The notes beneath the pieces are model-generated. The model was not told where the DNA came from, searched no databases, and worked only from the letters and a program-made list of their open reading frames with translations. From positions 15,812 through 79,811 of the forward strand of contig CANMDE010000009.1 of NCBI GenBank assembly GCA_947496535.1: a DNA stretch of 64,000 nt. The letters are read 5' to 3'. The stretch comes from an uncultured Rhodobacteraceae bacterium. GTDB lineage: Bacteria > Pseudomonadota > Alphaproteobacteria > Rhodobacterales > Rhodobacteraceae. Numbering within the stretch: position 1 is the first letter of the stretch; every line of letters starts with the position of its first letter. Below, piece after piece: positions 28,911 through 38,619 of the stretch. A program made the translations under genes and the position numbers.

Positions 28911-31769
28911 ATGGCTGAGCTGAAAAACATCGAAGTGCGTGGTGCGCGTGAGCATAATCTGAAGAATATCGACGTGGATATTCCCCGGGATCAGCTTGTG
29001 GTGATTACCGGGCTGTCGGGGTCGGGGAAGTCTTCGCTCGCCTTTGATACGATCTATGCCGAAGGGCAGCGGCGGTATGTTGAGTCGCTATCGGCCTATG
29101 CCCGCCAGTTCCTCGATATGATGGAAAAGCCGGATGTGGATCACATTTCCGGTCTTTCCCCCGCGATTTCGATTGAGCAGAAGACGACATCGAAGAACCC
29201 TCGATCTACCGTGGGTACCATTACCGAGATTTATGATTATCTGCGTCTGCTATTTGCTCGTGCTGGGACGCCATATTCACCCACAACTGGTTTGCCGATT
29301 GAGGCGCAGCAAGTGCAGGATATGGTGGATCGCGTGATGGCGATGGAGGAGGGGACGCGGGGCTATCTGCTTGCTCCTATCGTTCGCGACAGGAAGGGTG
29401 AGTATCGCAAAGAGTTTCTGGAACTGCGCAAGCAAGGGTTTCAGCGGGTGAAGGTGGATGGTGAGTTCTACGAGCTGGATGAGCCGCCGACGCTCGACAA
29501 GAAGTTTCGCCATGACATTGATGTGGTCGTGGATCGGATCGTTGTGCGTGAGGGGCTGGAGACGCGGCTCGCCGACAGTTTCCGTACGGCGCTGGATTTG
29601 GCGGATGGCATTACCGTGTTGGAGACGGCCCCGGCAGAGGGTGATCCGGAGCGTATTACGTTTTCTGAGAATTTTGCTTGTCCGGTGTCAGGCTTTACCA
29701 TTCCTGAGATTGAGCCGCGCCTGTTTTCGTTCAATGCGCCTTTTGGGGCCTGTCCATCCTGTGATGGGTTAGGGGTCGAGTTATTCTTTGATGAGCAACT
29801 CGTGGTTCCCGATGTGACGTTGAAGATTGCCGATGGGGCGCTGGCGCCATGGCGTAAGGGGAAGTCGCCGTATTTTTTGCAAACTATCGAGGCGATTGCG
29901 AAGCATTATGGGTTTAACAAGAACGCCCGATGGAAGGATCTTGATCCGAAGATACAGAACGTGTTCCTGCGTGGTTCCGGTAAGGAAGAGATCAAGTTTC
30001 GCTATGATGAAGGTGGCCGGGTTTATCAGGTGGAGCGTGCGTTTGAGGGCGTGATACCGAATATGGAGCGGCGCTATCGCGAGACAGATAGCAACTGGAT
30101 TCGGGAAGAGTTTGAGAACTACCAGAACAACAGAAATTGCGGGACTTGCGGTGGCTATCGTTTGCGGCAAGAGGCGCTGGCCGTAAAAATCGGTGGTCTG
30201 CACGTTGGTCAGGTTGTGCAGATGTCGATCAAGGAAGCTTATGATTGGTGCCAGTCGGTGCCCGAGGCGTTGACCAAGCAGAAAAACGAGATTGCACATG
30301 CGATTTTGAAGGAAATTAGCGAGCGGTTGGGTTTTCTCAATAATGTGGGGCTTGAGTATCTGACCCTTTCCCGGAATTCAGGGACTTTGTCCGGTGGTGA
30401 AAGCCAGCGGATCAGGCTGGCATCGCAAATCGGCTCTGGCTTGCAAGGGGTGCTGTATGTGCTGGATGAACCGTCGATTGGTCTGCATCAGCGTGACAAT
30501 GACCGGCTACTGACGACCCTGAAAAACCTGCGCGATCAGGGTAATACTGTGATCGTCGTGGAGCATGATGAGGAGGCTATTCGCGAGGCGGATTATGTCT
30601 TTGATATTGGGCCGGGTGCAGGTGTCCATGGCGGTGAGATCGTTGCGAAGGGCACACCACAAGAGATTATGGCCAACGACGGCTCTGTCACCGGGCAGTA
30701 TCTGGTGGGCGCAAGGGAGATTGAAGTTCCTGCCAAGCGTCGGAAGGGCAACAAGAAAAAACTGACCGTGGTGAAAGCGACGGGAAACAATCTGCAAAAC
30801 GTGACCGTTGATTTTCCGTTGGGTGTATTTACCTGTGTGACCGGTGTTTCAGGTGGCGGCAAGTCCACGCTGACGGTTGAGACCTTGTTCAAGAACGCGT
30901 CGGTCAAGTTGAATGGAGCGCGTCAGACGCCGGGGCCTTGCGAGACGATCAAGGGGTTTGAGCATCTGGACAAGGTGATCGACATCGACCAGCGCCCGAT
31001 TGGCCGTACTCCACGGTCGAACCCGGCGACCTATACCGGAGCCTTTACCCCGATCCGTGACTGGTTTGCCGGCATGCCCGAATCCAAGGCGCGCGGCTAT
31101 AAGCCGGGTCGGTTCAGCTTTAACGTCAAGGGCGGGCGGTGTGAGGCCTGCCAGGGCGATGGTGTCATCAAGATCGAGATGCACTTTCTGCCGGACGTCT
31201 ATGTCACCTGTGAGACCTGCAAGGGTGCGCGATACAATCGCGAGACGTTGGAGATCAAGTTCAAGGGTAAGTCCATCGCGGATGTCCTTGATATGACTGT
31301 GGAAGATGCACAGCAGTTCTTTAGCGCCGTTCCGTCGATCCGCGAAAAGATGGATGCGCTGATGCGTGTTGGTCTTGGCTATATCAAGGTGGGCCAGCAG
31401 GCGACGACCCTTTCGGGGGGTGAGGCACAGCGGGTTAAACTTTCAAAGGAGCTTGCCAGGCGTTCCACCGGGCGGACGCTTTATATTCTGGATGAGCCCA
31501 CGACGGGGTTACATTTTGAAGACGTGCGCAAGCTGCTGGAAGTGCTTCATGAGCTGGTTGATCAGGGCAATTCGGTCATTGTGATTGAGCATAACCTTGA
31601 TGTCATCAAGACCGCCGATCATCTCATTGATATTGGCCCCGAAGGCGGAGATGGCGGCGGTCGGATCGTGGCCACAGGTACACCAGAGCAGGTGGCCGAT
31701 GCCGCAGAAAGCCACACCGGGCGCTATCTCAAAGAGATGCTCAAAGTTCGCACCGTGGCCGCTGAATAG
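28911..31769 (+). CDS. uvrA: excinuclease ABC subunit A
   Basis: 952 aa. Two ABC modules (GLSGSGKSS and GVSGGGKST), Zn-finger cysteines, LSGGE signatures. Confidence 0.97.
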   Translation: MAELKNIEVRGAREHNLKNIDVDIPRDQLVVITGLSGSGKSSLAFDTIYAEGQRRYVESLSAYARQFLDMMEKPDVDHISGLSPAISIEQKTTSKNPRSTVGTITEIYDYLRLLFARAGTPYSPTTGLPIEAQQVQDMVDRVMAMEEGTRGYLLAPIVRDRKGEYRKEFLELRKQGFQRVKVDGEFYELDEPPTLDKKFRHDIDVVVDRIVVREGLETRLADSFRTALDLADGITVLETAPAEGDPERITFSENFACPVSGFTIPEIEPRLFSFNAPFGACPSCDGLGVELFFDEQLVVPDVTLKIADGALAPWRKGKSPYFLQTIEAIAKHYGFNKNARWKDLDPKIQNVFLRGSGKEEIKFRYDEGGRVYQVERAFEGVIPNMERRYRETDSNWIREEFENYQNNRNCGTCGGYRLRQEALAVKIGGLHVGQVVQMSIKEAYDWCQSVPEALTKQKNEIAHAILKEISERLGFLNNVGLEYLTLSRNSGTLSGGESQRIRLASQIGSGLQGVLYVLDEPSIGLHQRDNDRLLTTLKNLRDQGNTVIVVEHDEEAIREADYVFDIGPGAGVHGGEIVAKGTPQEIMANDGSVTGQYLVGAREIEVPAKRRKGNKKKLTVVKATGNNLQNVTVDFPLGVFTCVTGVSGGGKSTLTVETLFKNASVKLNGARQTPGPCETIKGFEHLDKVIDIDQRPIGRTPRSNPATYTGAFTPIRDWFAGMPESKARGYKPGRFSFNVKGGRCEACQGDGVIKIEMHFLPDVYVTCETCKGARYNRETLEIKFKGKSIADVLDMTVEDAQQFFSAVPSIREKMDALMRVGLGYIKVGQQATTLSGGEAQRVKLSKELARRSTGRTLYILDEPTTGLHFEDVRKLLEVLHELVDQGNSVIVIEHNLDVIKTADHLIDIGPEGGDGGGRIVATGTPEQVADAAESHTGRYLKEMLKVRTVAAE

Positions 31770-31785
31770 TTGTTTTCTGATTTCG

Positions 31786-32403
31786 TCAGATCGCTGTGGC
31801 GATGCGAATGACTTGCAGCAGGTTATACGTGGCGTCTGAGACCGAGACTACCTGGCCGTCAATCACCGTGTAGTTCCTTCCGTCGTCCGGTTCCGGCAGG
31901 TCGTATATTGCGATCAGCTCGTCCTGAGAAAGTGACACGGTTGGTTCGACGGGCAGATTGATACCTGTTCCAACCGGCGTTGACAGTGTTCGAATCTGGT
32001 CGAGTATCAGTTGATTTTCTGGTTTCAGCTCAACCACCTGACCGTCAATCACAGCATATCTATTGCCATCCGATGGCGGGTCCAGATCGAAAATATCTGC
32101 GATTTCTTCGTCCGTTAGCGTGTCAAACAGCGTGTCGTCTATTTCGACATCAGTCAGGATATCATCGTTTTCGTCGATGATCTGTTCCCATTCCTCGTCA
32201 TCGTAGTTGAGATATTCCTGCGTGGTGACGCCTTGGCGTGCCAGCCCGGGTGGGACGCAGGGTGGGTTCTTTTTGGCGAGGCCCGGAGGGCAATTGAGGG
32301 GATTGGCCGCGCGGCCGTTGCCTTTTCCCTGTGCCTGCACCAAAGCGGGCAACATGGTGATCGTGGCAATAGCGATGACATTGATGAGTGTTTTTGTAGA
32401 CAT
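31786..32403 (-). CDS. secreted repeat protein (CPPGLAKK box plus two RcnB-like repeats)
   Basis: Signal peptide MSTKTLINVIAIATITMLPALVQAQG. CPPGLAKKNPPCVPPGLARQG. An acidic linker. Two ~45-aa repeats (DLDPPSDGNRYAVIDGQVVEL... and DLPEPDDGRNYTVIDGQVVSV...). Confidence 0.6.
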   Translation of the reverse strand: MSTKTLINVIAIATITMLPALVQAQGKGNGRAANPLNCPPGLAKKNPPCVPPGLARQGVTTQEYLNYDDEEWEQIIDENDDILTDVEIDDTLFDTLTDEEIADIFDLDPPSDGNRYAVIDGQVVELKPENQLILDQIRTLSTPVGTGINLPVEPTVSLSQDELIAIYDLPEPDDGRNYTVIDGQVVSVSDATYNLLQVIRIATAI

Positions 32404-32613
32404 ATTCTTGCGCCTTGAGTGTTTAGTCAAATTGTAGTCACGTTTTTCGTCCCGGATTATATGCTATTTTTACAGCATGCGGAAAAGCGCCGATCCGTGT
32501 TTGGTTTTCTTTTCTGCCAAGAGTAACAGGGGCGGTGGGCTGAGCCTTGGACATTCTGGGTTGGGCCTAGGATAGTGGGTGCTGAATAATGGTCGCGAAG
32601 CAAAGGAAAGCCG

Positions 32614-33228
32614 ATGATAAGGGATATGTGGATAGGTGCGGCCGCGCTGATGCTGCTGGGCCAGGCGTGTATTGCTGAACAGCAATCGCTGGATCATACC
32701 GGTTTTCGGGCCATTGAGGTGAGAGAGGGTGTGTCGCTCGAGGTGCAGATGGCCGATGAGTATGAGGTCAGCGTAGAGGCTGCAGACGGCGATTTTACCC
32801 ATTTTCGCGTTCGTGAATTCTTGCCTTGGCTGGCTGTTGACCGCCATACACGCTGGTTCATCTTTCCCAATTGGCGCCGGGATGCCTATACGATGCGTGT
32901 CAACACGCCGGAAATGAACGGGCTGAAGGCGTTGGATTCTGCGACCGCGACCTTTACCGGCGATGCTGGCGAACGGCTATTCGCCGAAGCGGCGGATCGC
33001 GGTGTGGTGACACTCAATGATGTGACGGCCAAGCAATTGACGCTTGTTGGTAATCGCGACGGCGCAATCGTTGCCACAGGTACTTGCGAAACGCTGACCA
33101 TTCGTGCCCGTGGCGCGGTGATCGATGCCAGTGGACTGGACTGCGCGAGTGTTGTGGTCAATGAAAACGACGCTGATGTGATGTTGTCGCCGAATGCGGT
33201 TGTCGTGGACGAGCATGAAGGATCGTAG
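32614..33228 (+). CDS. secreted DUF2807-like (head GIN / beta-helix) protein
   Basis: Signal peptide. Repetitive beta-strand pattern (LKALDSATATFTG, VVTLNDVTAKQLTLVG, GAVIDASGLDCASVVV). AGGAAA RBS. The family call is tentative. Confidence 0.5.
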   Translation: MIRDMWIGAAALMLLGQACIAEQQSLDHTGFRAIEVREGVSLEVQMADEYEVSVEAADGDFTHFRVREFLPWLAVDRHTRWFIFPNWRRDAYTMRVNTPEMNGLKALDSATATFTGDAGERLFAEAADRGVVTLNDVTAKQLTLVGNRDGAIVATGTCETLTIRARGAVIDASGLDCASVVVNENDADVMLSPNAVVVDEHEGS

Positions 33229-33229
33229 G

Positions 33230-34096
33230 TTAACCCCTGTTGCGCCTCTCAAACCGGGGCAGCATCGCTGAAAAGTCTTTCCCAGCCCCACCTTCGTTTT
33301 CCACGAATTCCTTGTAGAGCGCTGCTGCCGCTTGCCCCATGGGGGTGTCAGCATCTGCCGCCTTGGCTGCGATCTGGCTGAGGTTGAGGTCTTTGAGCAT
33401 CAATTCCGCCGCGAAACCGGGCTGGTAGTCATTGTCGGCCGGGCTTTCGGGGCCGATCCCGGGGGCAGGACAGTAGGCGTTCATCGTCCATGAGTAACCG
33501 GATGACGTGCTGACCACATCGAACATGGCTTGTCGGTCCAGCCCGAGTTTGTCTGCAAGAACGAAGGCTTCGCAGGTGGCGATCATCGTCACGCCGAGAA
33601 TCATGTTGTTACAGATCTTTGCGGCCTGACCGTTGCCCGAAGCGCCGCAATGCACCGCCTTTTGTCCCATGATGTCAAAAAGTGGTTGGACGGTTTCAAA
33701 GGCTGTTTTTGCGCCGCCTGCCATGAATGTGAGGGTGCCGTTTGTTGCACCGCCGATGCCACCGGAGACGGGGGCGTCGATGGCCTGTAGCCCGTGTGTC
33801 TCTGCCTGTGTTGCGACCGCGCGGGCGCTCTCGACGTCAACCGTCGAGCAATCGAGATGTATGGCTGCTGCTTTCATGGCCGGGTGGATTTCAGCGGCGA
33901 CACTGCGCAAGATGTCACCGTTGGGCAGCATTGTGATCACGACATCCGCGTCCTTGGCGGCGGCAGCGGCGCTTTGCGCCAGTGGGATATTTTCGGGTTT
34001 GGTGAGAGTGTCAAAACCGGTCACGTTGTGACTTTTGGCAAGATTTCTTGCCATCGGTCCGCCCATGTTGCCAAGCCCGATAAAGCCGATTTTCAT
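33230..34096 (-). CDS. mmsB: 3-hydroxyisobutyrate dehydrogenase
   Basis: MKIGFIGLGNMGGPMA Rossmann N-terminus. GGAGGA RBS. ATGA overlap with the upstream hydrolase gene. Confidence 0.88.
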   Translation of the reverse strand: MKIGFIGLGNMGGPMARNLAKSHNVTGFDTLTKPENIPLAQSAAAAAKDADVVITMLPNGDILRSVAAEIHPAMKAAAIHLDCSTVDVESARAVATQAETHGLQAIDAPVSGGIGGATNGTLTFMAGGAKTAFETVQPLFDIMGQKAVHCGASGNGQAAKICNNMILGVTMIATCEAFVLADKLGLDRQAMFDVVSTSSGYSWTMNAYCPAPGIGPESPADNDYQPGFAAELMLKDLNLSQIAAKAADADTPMGQAAAALYKEFVENEGGAGKDFSAMLPRFERRNRG

Positions 34097-35136
34097 GATT
34101 TTTCCTCCCATTTCAGCGCATCTTTGCCCAATGGCGTGGTCATGCGTTCGACCTCGGATTCTGGCACGTCTTGCCAGTTTTTATGTTTCCATTGCGGGTT
34201 TCTGTCCCGGTCAATGATGGCCGCCCGAATGCCTTCGATGAAGTCGTCCTGTTCGACGCAGCGATAGGTGTAGCGGAATTCATGATCGAGTGCTTTTTTG
34301 ATGTTGGGTGCCTGCCGAACGCTGTGGATGATCTGGGTGGCGACGGCCATGGCGAGGGGGGCGTTGCAGTCCATGAGCTTTTTGGCATGGGTGATAGCCG
34401 GGTTAGGGTTGTCCGACATTGCGCGGTAGATATCTGAGAGGGTTTCGCCAGCGAATACGGCGTTTATTTCGTCCTGCCACCCCATCAGCCGGCTTTCCGG
34501 GGCGGGATGGGCAATGGTCATTATGGTGCCGGTGTCGCCCGTGGTGATCAGTGTGTCTTTGAGCGTATGCCAATCCTGTTCCGGAATATACTGATCTGCG
34601 AAGCCTGCGTAGATGGCATCGCCAGCGTCCATGCGGTCTCCCGTCAAACCAAGAAATTCGCCACAATGCCCCGGTGCGCGGGCGAGGATGAGAGAACCGC
34701 CGATATCAGGGACAAGGCCGATCGTACATTCCGGCATTGCGATTTGGCTGCTCTCGCAGACGATCCGGTGTGAGCCGTGGCACCCGACGCCAACGCCTCC
34801 GCCCATGGTAAAGCCTTGCAGGAAGGTGACGATGGGTTTGGAATAGTTGAATATCTTGGCGTTCAGCCGGTATTCGTCGCGCCAGAACCGTCGCCCGTAA
34901 TCAAAGTCGCCGCGCTGGCCGCTGGCGTACATCTCGGCGATGTCCCCGCCCGAGCAAAAGGCGCGGTCGCCTGCGCCGTCTATGATGACTAAGGCGACAT
35001 CCGGATCATTCCGCCAATCATCGAGCGCGGCCTCAATTGCAAGGCACATATCCCATGTCAGCGCGTTCAACGCCTTGGGGCGGTTTAGGGTGATGTGGCC
35101 AGCTTTGCCGTCCTTGCGGATGATCATGTCGGTCAT
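34093..35136 (-). CDS. 3-hydroxyisobutyryl-CoA hydrolase (enoyl-CoA hydratase/isomerase family)
   Basis: ITLNRPKALNAL and FCSGGDI crotonase motifs. ~345 aa length is typical of HIBCH. ATG 35136 (MTDMIIRKDG) is preferred over the TTG at 35148. Confidence 0.82.
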   Translation of the reverse strand: MTDMIIRKDGKAGHITLNRPKALNALTWDMCLAIEAALDDWRNDPDVALVIIDGAGDRAFCSGGDIAEMYASGQRGDFDYGRRFWRDEYRLNAKIFNYSKPIVTFLQGFTMGGGVGVGCHGSHRIVCESSQIAMPECTIGLVPDIGGSLILARAPGHCGEFLGLTGDRMDAGDAIYAGFADQYIPEQDWHTLKDTLITTGDTGTIMTIAHPAPESRLMGWQDEINAVFAGETLSDIYRAMSDNPNPAITHAKKLMDCNAPLAMAVATQIIHSVRQAPNIKKALDHEFRYTYRCVEQDDFIEGIRAAIIDRDRNPQWKHKNWQDVPESEVERMTTPLGKDALKWEEKS

Positions 35137-35184
35137 TCTGCGGTCCAAGGTGGAGGTCCCGGTTCATTTCCGGGACGGGGTCAT

Positions 35185-36321
35185 TTATCCGATCATATGC
35201 CGCGCCGTGATCAGCCGCATGATTTCGTTGGTGCCTTCGAGGATCTGGTGAACCCGCAGGTCGCGTACGATTTTTTCGATCCCGTAATCCGCAAGGTAGC
35301 CGTAGCCGCCGTGCAATTGCAGGCACTGGTCTGCGACGCGGCTTCCGACCTCGGTTACCTGTTTTTTGGCCATGGCGCAGAATTTGGTGGCGTCGGGTGC
35401 GCCTGTATCGAGTTTCCATGCGGCTTGGCGCAGGAAGGTGCGGGCTGATTGCAGTTCAATTTCCATATCAGCAAGCCGGAATTGCAGGCCCTGGAACTGA
35501 TCGATGGATTGTCCGAAAGCTTTGCGTTCCGACATGTAGGCTAGCGTTTGATTAAGTGCGGATTGTGCAGCGCCAAGCGAACACGCGGCGATGTTCAGCC
35601 GCCCGCCGTCAAGTCCAGTCATGGCATATTTGAACCCCTGGCCTTCTTCACCAAGCAAATTGTCTGCGGGGGCTTTGCAGCTATCCATCTGTACTTGCCG
35701 TGTCGGTTGTGAGCGCCAGCCCATCTTGTCCTCAAGCCCGCCGTAGGACAGGCCCTCTACGCCATCTTCGAGAAGTATCGCGCTGACCCCTTTTGGGCCG
35801 TCTTCGCCTGTGCGGGCCATGACAATATAGGCATCAGAGTAGCCACCGCCGGAAATGAATGCCTTGGTGCCTGTCAGTTCGTATCCTTCGTTTGTCCGGA
35901 TCGCCTTTGTCTGGAGGGCGGCTGCGTCGGACCCTGAGCCGGGCTCGGTCAGGCAATAGCTTAGGATTGTTTCCATCGCCAATGCTTTGGGCAGAACCCG
36001 ATTGCGCAGCGCGTCGGACCCATAGGCATCCACCATCCGTGCGCACATATTGTGGATGGACAAGAAGGCAGAGACTGACGCACAGGACTGCGAAAGCGCT
36101 TCGAAAACAAGGGTTGCGTCGAGGTGCGAAAGGCCCGCGCCGCCCATGTCTTCGGTCACATAAAGCCCGCCGAAACCCAGCTCGGCGAGCTTGGGCCAGA
36201 GCGTTTTGGGAATGGTGCCGTCAGCCTCCCACTGGCGCGCGTGAGGTGCGATATGTTCGGCACCGAAGGCCTGCGCCATGTCGAATATGGCTGATTGTTC
36301 CTCGGTTAGGGCAAAGTCCAT
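35185..36321 (-). CDS. acyl-CoA dehydrogenase (isobutyryl-CoA dehydrogenase by context)
   Basis: Typical ACAD pattern (YCLTEPGSGSD, GGYGY, EGTNEI). The specificity call rests on the neighbours. Confidence 0.85.
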   Translation of the reverse strand: MDFALTEEQSAIFDMAQAFGAEHIAPHARQWEADGTIPKTLWPKLAELGFGGLYVTEDMGGAGLSHLDATLVFEALSQSCASVSAFLSIHNMCARMVDAYGSDALRNRVLPKALAMETILSYCLTEPGSGSDAAALQTKAIRTNEGYELTGTKAFISGGGYSDAYIVMARTGEDGPKGVSAILLEDGVEGLSYGGLEDKMGWRSQPTRQVQMDSCKAPADNLLGEEGQGFKYAMTGLDGGRLNIAACSLGAAQSALNQTLAYMSERKAFGQSIDQFQGLQFRLADMEIELQSARTFLRQAAWKLDTGAPDATKFCAMAKKQVTEVGSRVADQCLQLHGGYGYLADYGIEKIVRDLRVHQILEGTNEIMRLITARHMIG

Positions 36322-36627
36322 CTGGCCGCTCCGGTATGAATTGAACGCTTGTTCATATTCTTGCGCTTATCGCTACGACTTGGCAAGCTTTTGGCAACAA
36401 CCAAGGGTTCCGCATGGCCAATATGCTGGCCGCATTTTTTTTCATTTGCTTCGGAATAAAGTCGTAGTGCCGCGCGTAAGCAAGATAGGTGCCTTATTGA
36501 GCCATCATGCTATCATCACAAAAGGATGTGGTTTTGTCGGTAAAGTATTGCATCTGCCGCCTCGCTCGCGACACGTCAGGTGTGGTTGGGGAGGTGACGA
36601 ATTGTTTTGAAATGTGAGGAAATATCA

Positions 36628-36972
36628 ATGTCAAAAATTACACGTCGCACTGCCCTTCGTCTGGCTGCAACTGCAGCCGCAGCGCCACTGGCCATGAAAA
36701 TGGCTCATGCTGATGGTCACGCTACGACCCATACTGTGACAATCACGAATTTCGCATTTGGGCCCGCCAATTTGACAATCAACGCCGGCGATACTGTTCA
36801 ATTTGTTAATGCAGATGGCGCACCGCATACGGCCACAGCCGACAACGGTGCGTTTGACACGGGCAACTTGAGCAGCGGCCAATCCACGTCGCTCCAGTTT
36901 TCGTCGGCAGCGACCTTCACCTATTTCTGCGCCATTCACCCTCGGATGAAAGGTAGCATTACTGTCGCCTGA
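36628..36972 (+). CDS. Tat-exported cupredoxin (type-1 blue copper protein)
   Basis: Twin-arginine signal MSKITRRTALRLAATAAAAPLAM. Cu ligands GAPH ... YFCAIHPRM (His, Cys, His, Met). GAGGAAA RBS. Confidence 0.8.
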   Translation: MSKITRRTALRLAATAAAAPLAMKMAHADGHATTHTVTITNFAFGPANLTINAGDTVQFVNADGAPHTATADNGAFDTGNLSSGQSTSLQFSSAATFTYFCAIHPRMKGSITVA

Positions 36973-37020
36973 CATCACAGCGATGCTAAAGCGAAGGGTG
37001 GTGTGATGTCAGGCCACCCT
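36967..37020. terminator. interlocked inverted repeats between convergent genes (bidirectional terminator candidate)
   Basis: 13-bp stem 36967-36979 / 37002-37014, plus a 7-bp stem AGGGTGG 36995-37001 / CCACCCT 37014-37020. The element spans the cupredoxin stop and ends 2 nt before the mmsA stop. Confidence 0.55.
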
Positions 37021-37022
37021 CT

Positions 37023-38522
37023 TTACTCCATTACCGGAATCGAGAACTCGCCGCCTTCCTTGATGCCCGAAGGCCATCGGGATGTGATGGTTTTGGTCCG
37101 CGTGTAGAATTTGAATGCATCTGGCCCGTGTTGGTTCAGATCGCCGAAAACGGATTTTTTCCAGCCTCCGAAGGTGTGGTATGCCAACGGTACGGGTATC
37201 GGGACGTTAATCCCGACCATGCCGATATTGATGCGGTTCGCAAAGTCGCGGGCTGTGTCCCCGTCGCGCGTGAAGATCGCCGTGCCGTTGCCGTACTCGT
37301 GATCCATGGCAAGGCCGATCGCCTCTTCATAGGTTTGCGCGCGCACGGTGGATAGAACCGGCCCGAAGATTTCGGTTTTGTAGATGTCCATGTCTTTGGT
37401 GACGTTATCGAACAGGTGCGGGCCGACGAAAAAGCCGTCTTCGTAGCCCTGCAGCCCGAAGTTACGCCCATCGACCACGAGTTTTGCGCCCTGATCGACG
37501 CCGGATTGCACCAGTCTTTCGATATTTGCTTTGGCTGCCGCCGTGACAACGGGCCCGTAGTCCACGTCATCACCAGATGTATACGGACCGACTTTCAGTT
37601 TCTCGATGCGGGGAACCAGCTTTTCGATCAGTCGGTCGGCTGTCTCATCCCCAACCGGTACTGCGACCGAAATCGCCATGCAGCGTTCGCCTGCGGCCCC
37701 GTATCCGGCACCTACCAATGCATCGGCGGCTTGATCCATGTCGGCGTCGGGCATCACGATCATGTGGTTTTTTGCGCCGCCAAAGCACTGCACGCGTTTT
37801 CCGTTCGCGCAGCCACGGCTGTAGATGTATTCCGCGATGGGGGTCGAGCCGACGAAACCGATGGACTGAATGACATCGTGATCGAGGATCGCATCGACGG
37901 CCTCTTTGTCGCCATTCACGACTTGCAGAATGCCCTTGGGTGCCCCGGCTTCTTCCATCAATTCAGCCAGCATGAGCGGCACGGAAGGATCGCGTTCGGA
38001 TGGTTTGAGGATGAAGGCGTTGCCGCATGCAATGGCGGGCGCGAACATCCACATCGGAATCATGGCAGGGAAGTTGAAAGGCGTGATGCCGGCGGTGACG
38101 CCCAGAGGTTGTTTCATCGAATACATATCAATGCCGGGGCCAGCGCTGTCAGTGTAATCGCCTTTCAGCATTTCAGGTGCGCCGACGCAGTATTCGACGA
38201 CCTCGAGTCCGCGCTGTACGTCGCCTTTTGCATCAGGGATAGTTTTGCCGTGTTCGCGCGACAACGCCTCGGCCAGTTTGTCCATGTCGCGCTGTAACAA
38301 GCCGACGAATGCCATCATGACCCGCGCCCGCCGCTGCGGGTTGACGGCGGCCCACGCTGTTTGCGCTTTGGCTGCGATCTTGACCGCTTGGCCTAATTCA
38401 TCCGCGTTAGCGAGGGGCGCACGCGCCTGTATTTCGCCTGTCGCAGGGTTGTAGACATCGGCGAACCGACCGGATGTTCCCTTGACGTGCTTTCCGCCGA
38501 TATAGTGGGTGAGTTCTTGCAT
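37023..38522 (-). CDS. mmsA: CoA-acylating methylmalonate-semialdehyde dehydrogenase
   Basis: MQELTHYIGGKHV N-terminus. ALDH motifs (FTGST-like VGSTPIA, catalytic GERCMA). ATG 38522 is preceded by GGAGGG. Confidence 0.92.
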   Translation of the reverse strand: MQELTHYIGGKHVKGTSGRFADVYNPATGEIQARAPLANADELGQAVKIAAKAQTAWAAVNPQRRARVMMAFVGLLQRDMDKLAEALSREHGKTIPDAKGDVQRGLEVVEYCVGAPEMLKGDYTDSAGPGIDMYSMKQPLGVTAGITPFNFPAMIPMWMFAPAIACGNAFILKPSERDPSVPLMLAELMEEAGAPKGILQVVNGDKEAVDAILDHDVIQSIGFVGSTPIAEYIYSRGCANGKRVQCFGGAKNHMIVMPDADMDQAADALVGAGYGAAGERCMAISVAVPVGDETADRLIEKLVPRIEKLKVGPYTSGDDVDYGPVVTAAAKANIERLVQSGVDQGAKLVVDGRNFGLQGYEDGFFVGPHLFDNVTKDMDIYKTEIFGPVLSTVRAQTYEEAIGLAMDHEYGNGTAIFTRDGDTARDFANRINIGMVGINVPIPVPLAYHTFGGWKKSVFGDLNQHGPDAFKFYTRTKTITSRWPSGIKEGGEFSIPVME

Positions 38523-38555
38523 AGCGCCCTCCAGATTGCTTGGTCCCACTATAGG

Positions 38556-38613
38556 CTTGCATTTTTTGGCCAAGAAGAGCCAATGTTCCAAAATCGTTTT
38601 GCAAAAATGCAAG
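38556..38613. promoter_or_regulatory. candidate LysR operator in the mmsA/LysR divergent spacer
   Basis: CTTGCATTTTT (38556-38566) and its exact reverse complement AAAAATGCAAG (38603-38613). There is also a local dyad TTGCA-N4-TGCAA at about 38598-38611. Confidence 0.45.
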
Positions 38614-38619
38614 GATAAG

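Noticed and set aside
36416-36442. Hairpin followed by T8 on the plus strand in the acyl-CoA dehydrogenase / cupredoxin spacer (possible terminator or attenuator).
   Set aside because: The stem is only 5 bp (GGCCA/TGGCC), with three unpaired bases before the T-tract, and no upstream plus-strand gene needs terminating. It is more likely just AT-rich promoter DNA.
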